Virus record (IMG/VR): IMGVR_UViG_3300033562_000771
Span: 62,001-126,000 of that record
Origin: an uncultured virus (IMG/VR IMGVR_UViG_3300033562_000771)
Lineage: Duplodnaviria; Heunggongvirae; Uroviricota; Caudoviricetes
Length of the DNA stretch: 64,000 nt
Strand: one strand, 5' to 3'
Shown: one piece after another, positions 1 to 10,532 of the stretch
How positions within the stretch are numbered: the first letter of the stretch is position 1
Layout: each line of letters begins with the position of its first letter
Notes under the pieces: generated by a model
Databases searched by the model: none
The model's input: only the letters and a program-made list of their open reading frames with translations
Told to the model about the DNA's origin: nothing
Position numbers and translations under genes: made by a program

Positions 1-1763
1 TTAGTATCAGGCCCTAGGAAGACGTCAATGGCTTCACCGTCTCCACCAACGGTATCGATGATCTCACCATAATCAACACTCTGAATGCTCTCCCAGGCAT
101 TCCCCTGGGGGTCTACCCCTGAGACCTTGCACCCAGCGGGACAATCTATACGAATTGGGAAAGTTCCAAATGTAGTCGTGACAGGCTCGGCATTACAGTT
201 ACGGGCTTTTTTCACGGACGCATACGCATTTCTTCGGGTAACTTCCTTAACACAGGCTTGTGCATTCATTTCATAGAAATCCTTAATGTATACACTAGAA
301 GTCCCACCTCTGTAGTCTTCTAATGTCACCTCAGTGGCACCATTCAAACTAAAATGAGTTTGAAGCGCATGAACTTGAGCATCACGCAGTTTATCTGCAT
401 TAAACTCCATGTATCCATTGGTTCCAAACACGAATCCAGCCCTAACCCAGCCAGCCAGAAAAGCATCTTCCTGAGTATTAAACCCCTGTTCTAAGGCAAC
501 GGTGGAATGATAAACCCCATCATTAACAGAACCTTTAACTTCAACAAGAGATCCATCCGGTTTGACCCAAACTCTAGCATAAAAACTCTCTGCGGTCTTG
601 GCAGCGGCCATTTTAGTGGGAAGAACTTGTAAGTCGGCCACCAAGTCACGATTAAGAATAACAACCCTATCAGTTCCAACAGCCTTTAAGAGACTGAAAT
701 CCTGCATGTAGTGTAGCATTTCCTTCCAGGAGGACGTAATGCTTTTAACCTGCTGTTTTAACTCGGGGAGAGTAACCTCGGACCCAGCATGTTCAGCAAC
801 ATACTTATTGACAGCCTGAGCTATTACGGGTGAGTATGCTTTTTTTACCGAAGAAGTAGTGACGTCAGGTCGAAAGTCCAGGCTACTCGCAGACTTCGCG
901 GTAGCCACCTCCTTTACGGACCCGTTTGCGACATCTTGCACGGGATTTTCGGTAGTCCCCATTAGCTGAGCCTCACCGTTAACGTTGGAGTCTGTGGTAA
1001 GGCCAGCGGTCCTGACTCGAAGTTGTGCTACCAGCTTGCTATCATCAGCTACTAGTAGACCCTTAGGGTTTACCCAAGGGGCAGAAGCTTCATGGGTAAA
1101 CCCAAATTGCTCAGAGGCTTCCTTGGAAGCCTGATGTTTTGCGAGGATATCAATTCCCCCCTGCTTATTCATAGACTCCTGCCCACCATGCTCATCGGCC
1201 CAGGAGTTCCAGTCATCTCGTAGCGTATTAACAAAATCAAGAGGGCGAACATACAGTTTGTCCTCTGGTTTGGGGCTGGGGTCAGAGGAGGCAGTTTTAA
1301 CCTTACCTGACACAGAGGCTAGTTTAGCCTTCATAGATTCTACCTCGGGACTCTTAGGTAGACTCGCAAGTTTGGCTGTCAGAGCGGCAACCCTAGCTTC
1401 CATATCGACATTAGAAGCCTGCTTAGGGGCTGGTGGAGCAGGGGAGGACGCTACCACGGGAGCGGCCTCTTCAGCAACCGTAGCTGCTGGACCGTCTGTG
1501 GGAAACTGATTCATCCAACCCTGTTTTTGGGCTGCTGAAAATAGCATCCTATAGCAACCCTGTAAGAATACTGAGTAGTTCTCATTTGAAGGGCCGAAGG
1601 TCATTTCACGAGCACCCACGGTAAAGTCAAGAGATCGACCTTCTGGGTCTATAACAATAGCTACAGGGGTCTCAGGGACAATCTCAGGGTAGAGGCTCTT
1701 GAATGGGTTCTGGCAGTCCTCAGGAAGTTGGGAAAAAGCGAGAACTACTTCTGTTTTACTCAT
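1..1763 (-). CDS. Large multidomain phage protein, truncated at the window edge; C-terminal part resembles the InPase domain of phage polyvalent proteins
   Basis: Absent from the ORF track because it has no stop in the window. Hand translation from ATG 1763 (MSKTEVVLAF...) is open in the stretches I read and ends ...WESIQSVDYGEIIDTVGGDGEAIDVFLGPDT. Confidence 0.7.
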   Translation of the reverse strand, partial: MSKTEVVLAFSQLPEDCQNPFKSLYPEIVPETPVAIVIDPEGRSLDFTVGAREMTFGPSNENYSVFLQGCYRMLFSAAQKQGWMNQFPTDGPAATVAEEAAPVVASSPAPPAPKQASNVDMEARVAALTAKLASLPKSPEVESMKAKLASVSGKVKTASSDPSPKPEDKLYVRPLDFVNTLRDDWNSWADEHGGQESMNKQGGIDILAKHQASKEASEQFGFTHEASAPWVNPKGLLVADDSKLVAQLRVRTAGLTTDSNVNGEAQLMGTTENPVQDVANGSVKEVATAKSASSLDFRPDVTTSSVKKAYSPVIAQAVNKYVAEHAGSEVTLPELKQQVKSITSSWKEMLHYMQDFSLLKAVGTDRVVILNRDLVADLQVLPTKMAAAKTAESFYARVWVKPDGSLVEVKGSVNDGVYHSTVALEQGFNTQEDAFLAGWVRAGFVFGTNGYMEFNADKLRDAQVHALQTHFSLNGATEVTLEDYRGGTSSVYIKDFYEMNAQACVKEVTRRNAYASVKKARNCNAEPVTTTFGTFPIRIDCPAGCKVSGVDPQGNAWESIQSVDYGEIIDTVGGDGEAIDVFLGPDT

Positions 1764-1796
1764 GGGGGGACCTTCCTAAAGTGTCTATTTAAAGGA

Positions 1797-2198
1797 TTAG
1801 TATAGAGAAGCTTCAAGGCGACCCATGCTGTAGGCACTTGCAAGGTCGGAGTGGATCTTAGGGTCAAAAGCATCAATAGTACCATCAGCAAATGCGCCAT
1901 CTGCACCATCGCCAACCATACGACAGAGGTTCCCCTCGTTGTTGAAGCCCCAATATTCGTTTGTAGCGGCACTCACAAAAAGTGACGCGGTGATTCGTCG
2001 GAGCCCCATTCTAGATAAAAATGACTTTGCCTTACTGGATAGGTGTCTAGCAAAATTACCTAACTCCTGAGCCACCGCAGAAGATGTATGAGCTGACACT
2101 AATCCATTGATGGAATCTGGATTGCACATAATCTCTGCCCGTAAATTTGGGCTGAGACTAGTCTTAGGGATCTCAATAATGTCATTAGAGAATTTCAT
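1797..2198 (-). CDS. Hypothetical protein
   Basis: 133-aa ORF with GAGG SD, co-oriented with neighbours. Confidence 0.6.
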   Translation of the reverse strand: MKFSNDIIEIPKTSLSPNLRAEIMCNPDSINGLVSAHTSSAVAQELGNFARHLSSKAKSFLSRMGLRRITASLFVSAATNEYWGFNNEGNLCRMVGDGADGAFADGTIDAFDPKIHSDLASAYSMGRLEASLY

Positions 2199-2295
2199 AA
2201 AGGCCTCGTGTCAAGACTCCTGGTACTCAGGACCACACTCTAGATAAGGAAATTTAGGCAGTTGGAAGGATTTAAAGCCTTCACTAAAAAGAAAT

Positions 2296-3288
2296 CTATA
2301 CTACTGCGGAAACTTCCTTGGAGTGTCTTGATACGGTTATTTTTCTGGCCTTTTGAGGAGGGGATTTCTTAACGATAGAAACAACAGTTTTAGCTGGATT
2401 AATAGGGATTTCAACGGATTCTGTGAGCGTTACATACGCAAATTGATCGGCACTAATAAGTCTAGATATGAATGATGGCACTAGGTAATCCCATAGATCT
2501 ACGGAAGAGTCCCCAAGTTGATGCGCCAGGATAGCTTGATTAACTGAAAAATAGGATGCTTGGTTAGCTAACTCAGAGAACTCTTGGAGAAGAGATGTGC
2601 TGGAATCCCCAAAGTTACCCAAGGATAATTTAGGATTTGCGAGGGTGCTAATAGCGTAGACTTGTTGAGGGCAACTGATAACATCAAAAACACAAACCCG
2701 CTCCGAAGGGTCTAATTGGCGAGTTTCTCGGGGGGATGCCACACTAGGGGATATAATCTTAATAAGATCCCTTAATTCAAGCGACAACTCACTCTTAGAG
2801 AGAGTTTCCACGATACGTTTAATTGAGGAACTAACTTGGTGAAATGTCAATCCCAAAACATGGGAGGTGCGCCTGCGGGATACCTCACGCAGAAAGGTCC
2901 TGAAGATAACTCTATCATACTCAGCAGTTATTACTTTGTTTATCTCTTGTAAAACAGATGTTGTAAGGAGTAAATTAATGTGCAATAACAGAGCTAGACG
3001 CTGTTCAGCCTGACTAATGAGTCCTGACACTTTAACAGGTGTAGTCTTCAGAATCTTGGCTATTTCCTTAACCTTCTTATCACAATAGTAATAAAGGATA
3101 AGGAGGTCTGCCTCAAGGGGATCCAACAATGCTAGATACTTTAAGTAAACCTCAAAGTTGTCTTTAAAACACACCCCTAAATTGAAAGCTGGTGTATAAT
3201 CCACAGAAACTGAACTTAGCGATTCGGGGTCTGTGGGGTCTATTTCTTCAACCCAGAAACTCTCGTCAAAAGAAATAGCATCCGCCAT
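2296..3288 (-). CDS. Sigma-70 region 4-like HTH protein (possible phage transcription factor)
   Basis: LDPLEADLLILYYYCDKKVKEIAKILKTTPVKVSGLISQAEQRL fits a sigma4-type HTH, followed by a second degenerate HTH; likely start MADAISF. Confidence 0.5.
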   Translation of the reverse strand: MADAISFDESFWVEEIDPTDPESLSSVSVDYTPAFNLGVCFKDNFEVYLKYLALLDPLEADLLILYYYCDKKVKEIAKILKTTPVKVSGLISQAEQRLALLLHINLLLTTSVLQEINKVITAEYDRVIFRTFLREVSRRRTSHVLGLTFHQVSSSIKRIVETLSKSELSLELRDLIKIISPSVASPRETRQLDPSERVCVFDVISCPQQVYAISTLANPKLSLGNFGDSSTSLLQEFSELANQASYFSVNQAILAHQLGDSSVDLWDYLVPSFISRLISADQFAYVTLTESVEIPINPAKTVVSIVKKSPPQKARKITVSRHSKEVSAVV

Positions 3289-3342
3289 AGTCGAACTCCA
3301 CTCATGTATATGATAATACAGCAATAAAACTATTACACAACA

Positions 3343-3525
3343 TTATTCAATGCGTAATTTTTTAACTAACCCAATAGCCTCTTGGGTAGACCTATCAAGA
3401 GCTTTAATTGCCTGTTCAACATTCTTAGCGTCTGAGAAATCCACGGATAATAAAAAATCTATCGCAAAAGACGATGTAGTGAGCGCATTTCGTAGGTCGT
3501 GAACCAACTGCCGCTGCGAGTTCAT
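3343..3525 (-). CDS. Stand-alone HisKA/DHp-like microprotein
   Basis: 60 aa with H-box-like LVHDLRNALT and a two-helix pattern. Confidence 0.5.
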   Translation of the reverse strand: MNSQRQLVHDLRNALTTSSFAIDFLLSVDFSDAKNVEQAIKALDRSTQEAIGLVKKLRIE

Positions 3526-3547
3526 TATAATATACCAAGTCTATATA

Positions 3548-4474
3548 TTATCCAAAGAAAATATTCGAAGACCAACCCAAATGGGTAGCATCAGGGGTTG
3601 TATCAAACGCATTTGATATAGCGGAACCCTGGATATATAAGATAGGAGCTGAGGCAGTTATCCCTAGAGACAGAGTATCGTCTCCAATAGTTTCTTGGAG
3701 GCCTGAGAGCACTGACAGAGCATACGATGAAGTAGCTGGGTCCCACACTGGCTCCAGGAAGCACTTTGTAGCCCCCCCTTCCTTCAGGGTTATGGCATTA
3801 TAACGGGATCTAGGAATCGCCGTTTGAATAAAAAATGAAGCTGGGTCAACGGGATCACTCAAGTCCATAAAACTAGGGGTGCATCCAGCACTTTTAACAC
3901 AGGATTGAGTGTGAGGGAACTTGGATAAATATGGAGTTAATACAAGGTTGGATATAAATGAATCAGAGCTATAGGGAGCACCCGTTAAAGTTGGCAGAGA
4001 TTCTAGAAGGTATACCGGGCAACCCACTGGCCAGAGAGGTAGCTCAAACGTATTCTCATACACCGTAACCCTTAGTCTAACCCATGTAGGAGCTTGTGGA
4101 AGAGTCCCCGTGATTTGGTATACCCCAGAGCCTAGAGACGCTACTGACAGCGTTCTCAACGTGGTGTCGGCATACCCGAGTGTAAAGCGCCCATATAGAG
4201 GATCCTCAATAAGAGAAACTTCTGGGAGGGGTAAATTAGGGATAGGTTCAAGATTATTATTTAGGATTGTCAAACTGCAGGTAGGTAGCGCTGCCCCCGG
4301 AAGACAATACCCAGAAGCAGTAATCCCTGGGAACCATCCAATTGTCCCAGGGTGCGTAGGGGTGCAGGCTACTTGCAATTGAAGAGTATGGTTCGACTCA
4401 AACTGAAACTCGGTTCCAGTAATGAAGGGAATAGCGGTACCAGAGATACTTGCACCTAATCTATAAGTTGCCAT
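3548..4474 (-). CDS. Hypothetical, probable virion structural protein
   Basis: 308-aa S/T/P/G-rich ORF abutting the upstream ORF. Confidence 0.55.
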   Translation of the reverse strand: MATYRLGASISGTAIPFITGTEFQFESNHTLQLQVACTPTHPGTIGWFPGITASGYCLPGAALPTCSLTILNNNLEPIPNLPLPEVSLIEDPLYGRFTLGYADTTLRTLSVASLGSGVYQITGTLPQAPTWVRLRVTVYENTFELPLWPVGCPVYLLESLPTLTGAPYSSDSFISNLVLTPYLSKFPHTQSCVKSAGCTPSFMDLSDPVDPASFFIQTAIPRSRYNAITLKEGGATKCFLEPVWDPATSSYALSVLSGLQETIGDDTLSLGITASAPILYIQGSAISNAFDTTPDATHLGWSSNIFFG

Positions 4475-5596
4475 TTAAATATCCTCATCAGCCCAGAACA
4501 CTAAGTAGGTTGAGCCCTGAACCCATACAATTGGAAATAGAGCGTCAATAGGAGTATTTGTATCTAAATTAGTGAACGAAATGGGTTGGTTTGATGAGTC
4601 TGCTGCAGATACACTAAACTTAGATACTGTAACAGGAAATCCTAGGCCATGTGAATGGTCAAACGTTAACTCAAATGTGCCTTCTACCCAGCCAACGTCC
4701 TTAATGAGTCCAAGGAGCAAAGTATATTGATCCTCCCAATCCGGGAAGGGGAACGTCATGGATATGGAAGTCTGATTAGCTGGGAGACTGACAGGCATTC
4801 TCCATTGAGGCACCCCCAAAGCATCCTTAAAGGCCACTTCAGCGGTAATTCCCTCAAAGTTTGTGCAGGATGCGTCAAGTGAGAAAGAGAACCAGGGGTC
4901 TACCAGAGGAAGCGATGGAGGGGTAGGGCCTGCAAGTGAGACAACCTGCATATCATTAGATACTGGGGGAACTATGTTAACCACTTGGGCTGTGGTCAAC
5001 GAAGAATTATTCCCAAAAGTTGTTATGGGGAGACCAGTTCCACGACTCTGGGCTGTAACACAAATAACAGTTACGTCCTGACTATCAAGAAACAGTTTAG
5101 TTAACGAGGTTAACACAAAGTCATTTAGAAGTGAGGATGAGACTCGTATAGTTGCAACCGCAGTTGAAGTCTGTATTTCAAATGCGGTTGTAAAAGCAAT
5201 CTTGTAAAGACCCGCAGTATCTGGCGATCTAAACTGTATGGTGGCACTGTTGTTTACCCATGATTTAGTATATGAGAACCCCCAAGGGACCCCATTTAGA
5301 GTCATAATTAGATCAGAAGATAAGTCTACGTCAAAGGGTACTACAACCTTGCTGGTTGCGATAAGCGATACAGTGACATATTCATTAGCATAGCAAGAAC
5401 TTCTGTTGCAGAAAGCCTGTAAAGAATAAGAAGCACCTACAGAGGACGCATCAGAGGGGCCTCCAGTTAGCGAGTTAATACGAGCAAATGGACTCTTAAT
5501 GCTATGGTCCATAGACGTTCCGAACACCGTTCCAGGCTGTCCTACCGAGTTATACAGTTGGTTAAACTCAACTTGGTCTGCAGATATTTTAGCCAC
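4475..5596 (-). CDS. Hypothetical, probable virion structural protein
   Basis: 373-aa S/T-rich, beta-strand-like ORF. Confidence 0.55.
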   Translation of the reverse strand: MAKISADQVEFNQLYNSVGQPGTVFGTSMDHSIKSPFARINSLTGGPSDASSVGASYSLQAFCNRSSCYANEYVTVSLIATSKVVVPFDVDLSSDLIMTLNGVPWGFSYTKSWVNNSATIQFRSPDTAGLYKIAFTTAFEIQTSTAVATIRVSSSLLNDFVLTSLTKLFLDSQDVTVICVTAQSRGTGLPITTFGNNSSLTTAQVVNIVPPVSNDMQVVSLAGPTPPSLPLVDPWFSFSLDASCTNFEGITAEVAFKDALGVPQWRMPVSLPANQTSISMTFPFPDWEDQYTLLLGLIKDVGWVEGTFELTFDHSHGLGFPVTVSKFSVSAADSSNQPISFTNLDTNTPIDALFPIVWVQGSTYLVFWADEDI

Positions 5597-5619
5597 AATA
5601 GTTCCCCTATATAAAAATA

Positions 5620-5648
5620 AAAATAGGCCGCGAGAGCGGCCTATTTTT
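5620..5648. terminator. Intrinsic terminator
   Basis: aaaataggccgc-gaga-gcggcctattttt hairpin flanked by A/T tracts. Confidence 0.75.
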
Positions 5649-5649
5649 A

Positions 5650-6252
5650 TTAGGGGGTTCTATGTATTGGGAATCCCCCTGGTGCAACCTTTGAATAGAA
5701 ATATGGTCTATTTCCAATTAGTGCTGCTGTTTCAGCATCTGGGACATGGATGTCAAATGAATGGTTCTCAATAGAAGGACCTTTTTTGTCCTTGATTTGC
5801 CCAATCAAAATAACATAGTCCCCCATGGCAACAGACCCATTTTTAAGTGCTTGTCTTGAAGCTGCCAGCGGTAATACGGGTTCGCCATTTGCGTAATTTT
5901 TCCCGCCGCCATTAATTCCACCTAGATAGGGGACATACGCGGTAATTCGGGTCTTTGAAAACGCCTTGTTGAACCAGTTTGCAATTTTTGCATTATCATC
6001 CCCTACCTGTTGAAGATATGAAATGTGCCCCCGGAGCCTTTGGCTCTCTGCTTTTAGGTGATGGATATACAGACCTACCATCAGGATTCCCCCCAATACA
6101 CTGAGAACCCCCAGGGTAGAACAACTTCTGATGACCCACTTTCTAAGTGAGAAAGCTTTCTTGATTAGCTGGTTCCTCCTAATCCCCAGCCTTGGTTGTC
6201 GTGCGGTTTGGGCGTGGTTAGCCTCGATGGTCGTGCGAGATCTAAATAGCAC
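5650..6252 (-). CDS. Membrane-anchored 3D-domain-like (cell-wall related) protein
   Basis: TM segment followed by RITAY...ANG...LAAS...GD...DKKG.SI...FDIHV pattern. Confidence 0.5.
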   Translation of the reverse strand: MLFRSRTTIEANHAQTARQPRLGIRRNQLIKKAFSLRKWVIRSCSTLGVLSVLGGILMVGLYIHHLKAESQRLRGHISYLQQVGDDNAKIANWFNKAFSKTRITAYVPYLGGINGGGKNYANGEPVLPLAASRQALKNGSVAMGDYVILIGQIKDKKGPSIENHSFDIHVPDAETAALIGNRPYFYSKVAPGGFPIHRTP

Positions 6253-6290
6253 GAGTCCTCCTTTGGTTAGTGGCGCTTGGCCGTAAATTT

Positions 6291-6320
6291 AAATACGCTA
6301 TGCATCTGTCAAAAATTCAG
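6291..6320 (-). promoter_or_regulatory. Phage promoter motif copy
   Basis: CTGAA-N18-CGTATTT. Confidence 0.55.
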
Positions 6321-6363
6321 TGGGGTCCCTCAAGACCCCACTCTTAAAAGAAAAGTTTAAAAG

Positions 6364-7014
6364 TCACTTTTGAGTTCGCTGTAAAAGTTGATTGAAGCTA
6401 GCCCCAGCTAGTGTCATAGCCTGTTCAAGTATATCAAAAGCGGCCCCTCTCAGGAAAGACGCTTCAATTACACGTTTTGTCTGGATTGCAATTTTGTCAA
6501 GTCGATGGGATGCGACTTTATCTGCAAAAGTGGGGTGATTACGATACATAAGCATCATAGAATACACATACATATAGGTATTTAATGCCACCCTAAACCT
6601 CATTTTATTTAACAAATCTGCGTCAGATCCAATATAGGCTACGAGCCTCCTCGCAGAATAGGCTGATGTGATTGACGAATTTATGGATACTTCTAGCTCA
6701 GCCGTTGGAACTAGAATTGACCTAGTAAAAGATGTTAGGAGTCTCCCTATCCCCTCCCAGGCCAGCTCTAGCTGACCATCTGGGGGTGTTTTAAGACTTT
6801 TAGACGGGACCCCCAGGTAGGCTTTTGTAAGCCAAGCCCCCAGGCTGGCATGTCCCTGAGCCTGAAAATGAAAAACTCTCTCAGTCTCAGTTTCCAGGTC
6901 TTCATCAACACTTATGGATTCCCACACCACAGGGGATGGGGCTAACTCCATTGTTTCAAATAAAGTTAGATCCAGTGCCAAGTTTGATATAAATTTGTGG
7001 GTGTGGGTATCCAT
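6364..7014 (-). CDS. Hypothetical protein
   Basis: 216-aa ORF. Confidence 0.6.
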   Translation of the reverse strand: MDTHTHKFISNLALDLTLFETMELAPSPVVWESISVDEDLETETERVFHFQAQGHASLGAWLTKAYLGVPSKSLKTPPDGQLELAWEGIGRLLTSFTRSILVPTAELEVSINSSITSAYSARRLVAYIGSDADLLNKMRFRVALNTYMYVYSMMLMYRNHPTFADKVASHRLDKIAIQTKRVIEASFLRGAAFDILEQAMTLAGASFNQLLQRTQK

Positions 7015-7034
7015 GGGACCTTATGGCTCAGACC

Positions 7035-8669
7035 TTAAAGGGCTGTCTGAATTAAGATACCATTTACAATGTTAAGACTGTAATAAGATCCCGCTACACC
7101 AAATCTTAAACCATTGGCAGGAAGATCCGCACGACTATTTGCATCAATGGGGACATATGAGTTGCCACCTAATGCATTTTGTTTGTTATTAAACGTGTTC
7201 CAGTCAGCAGCGGATAAATACCCGGCAGTGGTTGATGTTGCCTTGGCAATCGAGATAGCTGGGGTAGTTGTATTGTTTACAACTGAGATAGGAGCGGTCC
7301 CAGTAACCGTTGAAACCGAGGCCCCAGCGGAAATACCTGCCAGTTTAGACACACAGTTAGACAAATCAGTTACTTGGGTTGCTGTCATATGCCCAGCACC
7401 TGCCACGGTTGCAGCAGGCATAGATAAACTGTAGGTTAGATATGAACCTCCCGCAGCCTCTCCCGCAGACACACTCCTAACAAGGGGGGCGGTTACGGAT
7501 ACGGATGTCATACGGGCCGTTATCTGCCCCTGGAGTTTACCAAAAGCTGACCCAAAGGTATCTGTAGCTGCCAGGAGGGTGTTCGACCCTACTGAGTATC
7601 CTGTAAGTGGAATCTCGGATATATTAGCATTAACCCAATCACCAGAACTCTTCATCAGTAGTTCACCCGTGGCAGGGGAGGCTATAGTGACGTCATTAAT
7701 ACCATTCAGAGACAAACCACCCACCGCAGAAGCAATATCAGACGTAAGAGCAAGAGTTCCGGATGTATCTGGCAACGTAAAAGATCTTGCAGCGGTTGCT
7801 GTCGAACGTATTTCTGAGTTAAATGCAGAGTCCCCAGGAGTAAACGAGAACGTCCCAGGTCTCCCAGGAGCTTTAAGAAGCCACGAATTCCTTACATTCC
7901 CTACTTTTAAGAAACCCTCTGGTAAGTTATTCTCTTCAACTTCAAGGCCACAGGCGTCCCCAGATGATACCAAGCCACCCTTATTGAGGGTTATTAGTTT
8001 ATCTGTAACCGTTAAGTTAGTGGTATTGATGTAGGTTAGAGTCCCCGCCACGTTGACAGTATCCCCGGCACCCCCAAGGTTAATGGAGGTAACGCCAGAA
8101 CCAGTGCCTATATTGATAATCTGGGTACCTGCGGCAGTCCCCATATTAATGGTTGAAGCTAAAGATGTCCCTAGATTCAGCGTGGCGGCATCAAATGAGC
8201 CTGCTGCTAGGTTGCCCGTAAAAGAGGCGGATGACCCACTTAGGGGTCTAACTAAAGTGATGGCCCCTCCGGAAGTGTTAGCCACTGAGATAGGGAAATC
8301 AATAAAAGACCCCGTAAATGCAGCATAGGAAGCCCAGTTAGTGGAGTCCCCTAATGAATCAACTTGAATAGCCCCACGGACAGCACCATCTTTTGTTAAG
8401 TCTAACGAAGATACCTGCCCAGCTATACTATTAATAATAACGGTAGAGGTAGATGTTGGATGTGATACTGAAAATGAATCCGTTGCCGTGAATTTACCAT
8501 AGTGAAGTTCATCCGCAGCCAATAAAGCGGTCCCACGATTATGCTTCGCCGTATCTAATGTAGTAATACATGTATTTACAGAATTTAGATACCCAGATGG
8601 AATTGGCTGGTGGACTGTAAAAGCAATCAAACCAGATGGGGACGAGAGCGCATTCTCATTTGTAGCCAA
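7035..8669 (-). CDS. Tail fibre-like virion protein
   Basis: G/T/S/A-rich with GYLSAADWNTFNNKQ repeat; shares an internal block and the C-terminus with 44983..47715. Confidence 0.7.
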   Translation of the reverse strand: MATNENALSSPSGLIAFTVHQPIPSGYLNSVNTCITTLDTAKHNRGTALLAADELHYGKFTATDSFSVSHPTSTSTVIINSIAGQVSSLDLTKDGAVRGAIQVDSLGDSTNWASYAAFTGSFIDFPISVANTSGGAITLVRPLSGSSASFTGNLAAGSFDAATLNLGTSLASTINMGTAAGTQIINIGTGSGVTSINLGGAGDTVNVAGTLTYINTTNLTVTDKLITLNKGGLVSSGDACGLEVEENNLPEGFLKVGNVRNSWLLKAPGRPGTFSFTPGDSAFNSEIRSTATAARSFTLPDTSGTLALTSDIASAVGGLSLNGINDVTIASPATGELLMKSSGDWVNANISEIPLTGYSVGSNTLLAATDTFGSAFGKLQGQITARMTSVSVTAPLVRSVSAGEAAGGSYLTYSLSMPAATVAGAGHMTATQVTDLSNCVSKLAGISAGASVSTVTGTAPISVVNNTTTPAISIAKATSTTAGYLSAADWNTFNNKQNALGGNSYVPIDANSRADLPANGLRFGVAGSYYSLNIVNGILIQTAL

Positions 8670-8696
8670 GGTAGGACCTCTTCAAAAAGACAAGCT

Positions 8697-9059
8697 TCAT
8701 TGAAAGTAATTCTTAACGATTGCCCGGAGATCCTTGAGGGAAATCGGTTTAGATCTGAAACATGTACACCCTACATGGGTGGCTTTAGCTCTAACTTCAT
8801 TCGAAGTATATGCAGTTATTGCTATCACTGGACCTAAAAACCCCATAGATCTTATTCGTTGTGTAGTCTCAAAGCCATCAATCCCAGGGAGCCCAATATC
8901 CATTAGGATTAAATCAAACGTGTCCCTAACAAATTTATCTAGCGCCTCTTCACCAGATTGAGCTGATTGAACTTTATGCCCATCTTGCGTTAACACCCGC
9001 TCAAAACACTCGGTATTAACCGCGTTATCTTCAACTAGTAATACATTACACATAAGCAC
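8697..9059 (-). CDS. Single-domain response regulator (CheY/DivK-like receiver)
   Basis: VLLVEDN, DLILMDIGLPGIDG, IAITA and KP motifs. Confidence 0.92.
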   Translation of the reverse strand: MLMCNVLLVEDNAVNTECFERVLTQDGHKVQSAQSGEEALDKFVRDTFDLILMDIGLPGIDGFETTQRIRSMGFLGPVIAITAYTSNEVRAKATHVGCTCFRSKPISLKDLRAIVKNYFQ

Positions 9060-10527
9060 TCCTGAGAGGGAGCGCCACGGTAAACGAGGAGCCTACCGTT
9101 AAAGTAGATTGTAAAACAATGGATCCACCAAGCATTTCTGTGAATTTTTTAGTTAAAGAGAGCCCTAACCCAGTCCCCCCAAATTTCTTTGAAGTAGCTT
9201 GGTCAGCCTGCTCAAATTCACCCCATACACGTATAGCTTGTTCTTCACTCATCCCTATCCCTGTATCCAATACTGTAAAGAGTATTGAACTATCAACATC
9301 TTGGATTACCAGCGATACTGATCCAGAATGAGTAAACTTTGCAGCATTGCTTAATAAATTTAACAGTATTTGCTTAACTCGCTTACCATCTGTATATAAA
9401 CTCAAATTTGGTGTTGCGTTATTATGAACTGTAAACGTGTTATCATTTACTTCCATTAAAACAGTAGCCTGACTCGTAACTTCTTCCAGAAGATCCCCTA
9501 AGGTGGTATCTTCAAGGTAAAGTTCAAACTTACCTGTCTCCACTTTAGCTAGATCTAAAATATCATCAATTAGACTAAGCAGGTGCTCACTAGCTGCAAT
9601 GACCTTATCTACGTCCTTAATACTTGACTGTGTAATACTACCAGATTCAAGGTCTTCTTTAACAATTTCAGAATACATCATAATAGATGTTAATGGGGTT
9701 CTTAGTTCATGACTCATATTTGCAAGGAAGGATGACTTAGTTTTAGACGCAAATTCAGCTTTTAGTTTGGCAGCTTCTAACTCAACGGTCCTCTCTTGCA
9801 CAAGCGTCTCTAGAAGACCTCTTTGACTAGAAATATGTGTCTCTCTTCTTTGGAGTTCTTCAAATAGATTATTGCAAGATACCTCAAGAAGGGTAACTTC
9901 GTGGGAGTGCCTGGACTCAGGAACTCTAATACTATAATCTTGTGTAGTTTTAACGTAGTTTGCAGTCTCCGCTAAAACAAGAATAGGTGTGATCATAGCT
10001 TTAGCAGCTCTGTATGCCAAATAGCTAGCTATAAAAGTGGAGACTACGGATAAACTTAACAGGGTTAACATCGCTAGGTTTAGGCGTGAATTAAGTGTAT
10101 CTAGGGATACTGAAAGATGTAGTTCAGCTTTATCTCGTTCACCTAAACGTATACTTGTGCAAGTTTCAAGGTGTTTGTCAAAATAGTATGGTTTGTGGTT
10201 TATGAGGCCATCCTGAACATGAAGATCTTCAGGGAACTTAGCAAATACGGCCCCATTCTTATAAATAATAGCTCTCTTTATACTTGGGTTTTCACTTAGT
10301 GCGGATAGTGTGTCCGTGGCATCTTTAGTATCGTTAAAGATAAGCGAGGCCTCTAAGTTTTTAACTGTAACGGAGGCTTGAGACTGGGTATCTTGGATTA
10401 GATTCTTTCGAACCGTATAATAGGTATACCCATAAAATGACAGGAGAGTTACGCAGGCTGAGGCAATAGCTGACGTAGCCACCGCAGCAGTAACTTGATA
10501 TTTGATACTTCTAATCTTAATTGCCAT
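9046..10527 (-). CDS. Sensor histidine kinase (2 TM, periplasmic sensor, HAMP, HisKA, HATPase)
   Basis: FLANMSHELRTPL, NLLSNAAKFT, DTGIGM, FEQAD and GGTGLGL boxes. Confidence 0.95.
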   Translation of the reverse strand: MAIKIRSIKYQVTAAVATSAIASACVTLLSFYGYTYYTVRKNLIQDTQSQASVTVKNLEASLIFNDTKDATDTLSALSENPSIKRAIIYKNGAVFAKFPEDLHVQDGLINHKPYYFDKHLETCTSIRLGERDKAELHLSVSLDTLNSRLNLAMLTLLSLSVVSTFIASYLAYRAAKAMITPILVLAETANYVKTTQDYSIRVPESRHSHEVTLLEVSCNNLFEELQRRETHISSQRGLLETLVQERTVELEAAKLKAEFASKTKSSFLANMSHELRTPLTSIMMYSEIVKEDLESGSITQSSIKDVDKVIAASEHLLSLIDDILDLAKVETGKFELYLEDTTLGDLLEEVTSQATVLMEVNDNTFTVHNNATPNLSLYTDGKRVKQILLNLLSNAAKFTHSGSVSLVIQDVDSSILFTVLDTGIGMSEEQAIRVWGEFEQADQATSKKFGGTGLGLSLTKKFTEMLGGSIVLQSTLTVGSSFTVALPLRSAYV

Positions 10528-10532
10528 ATAGG

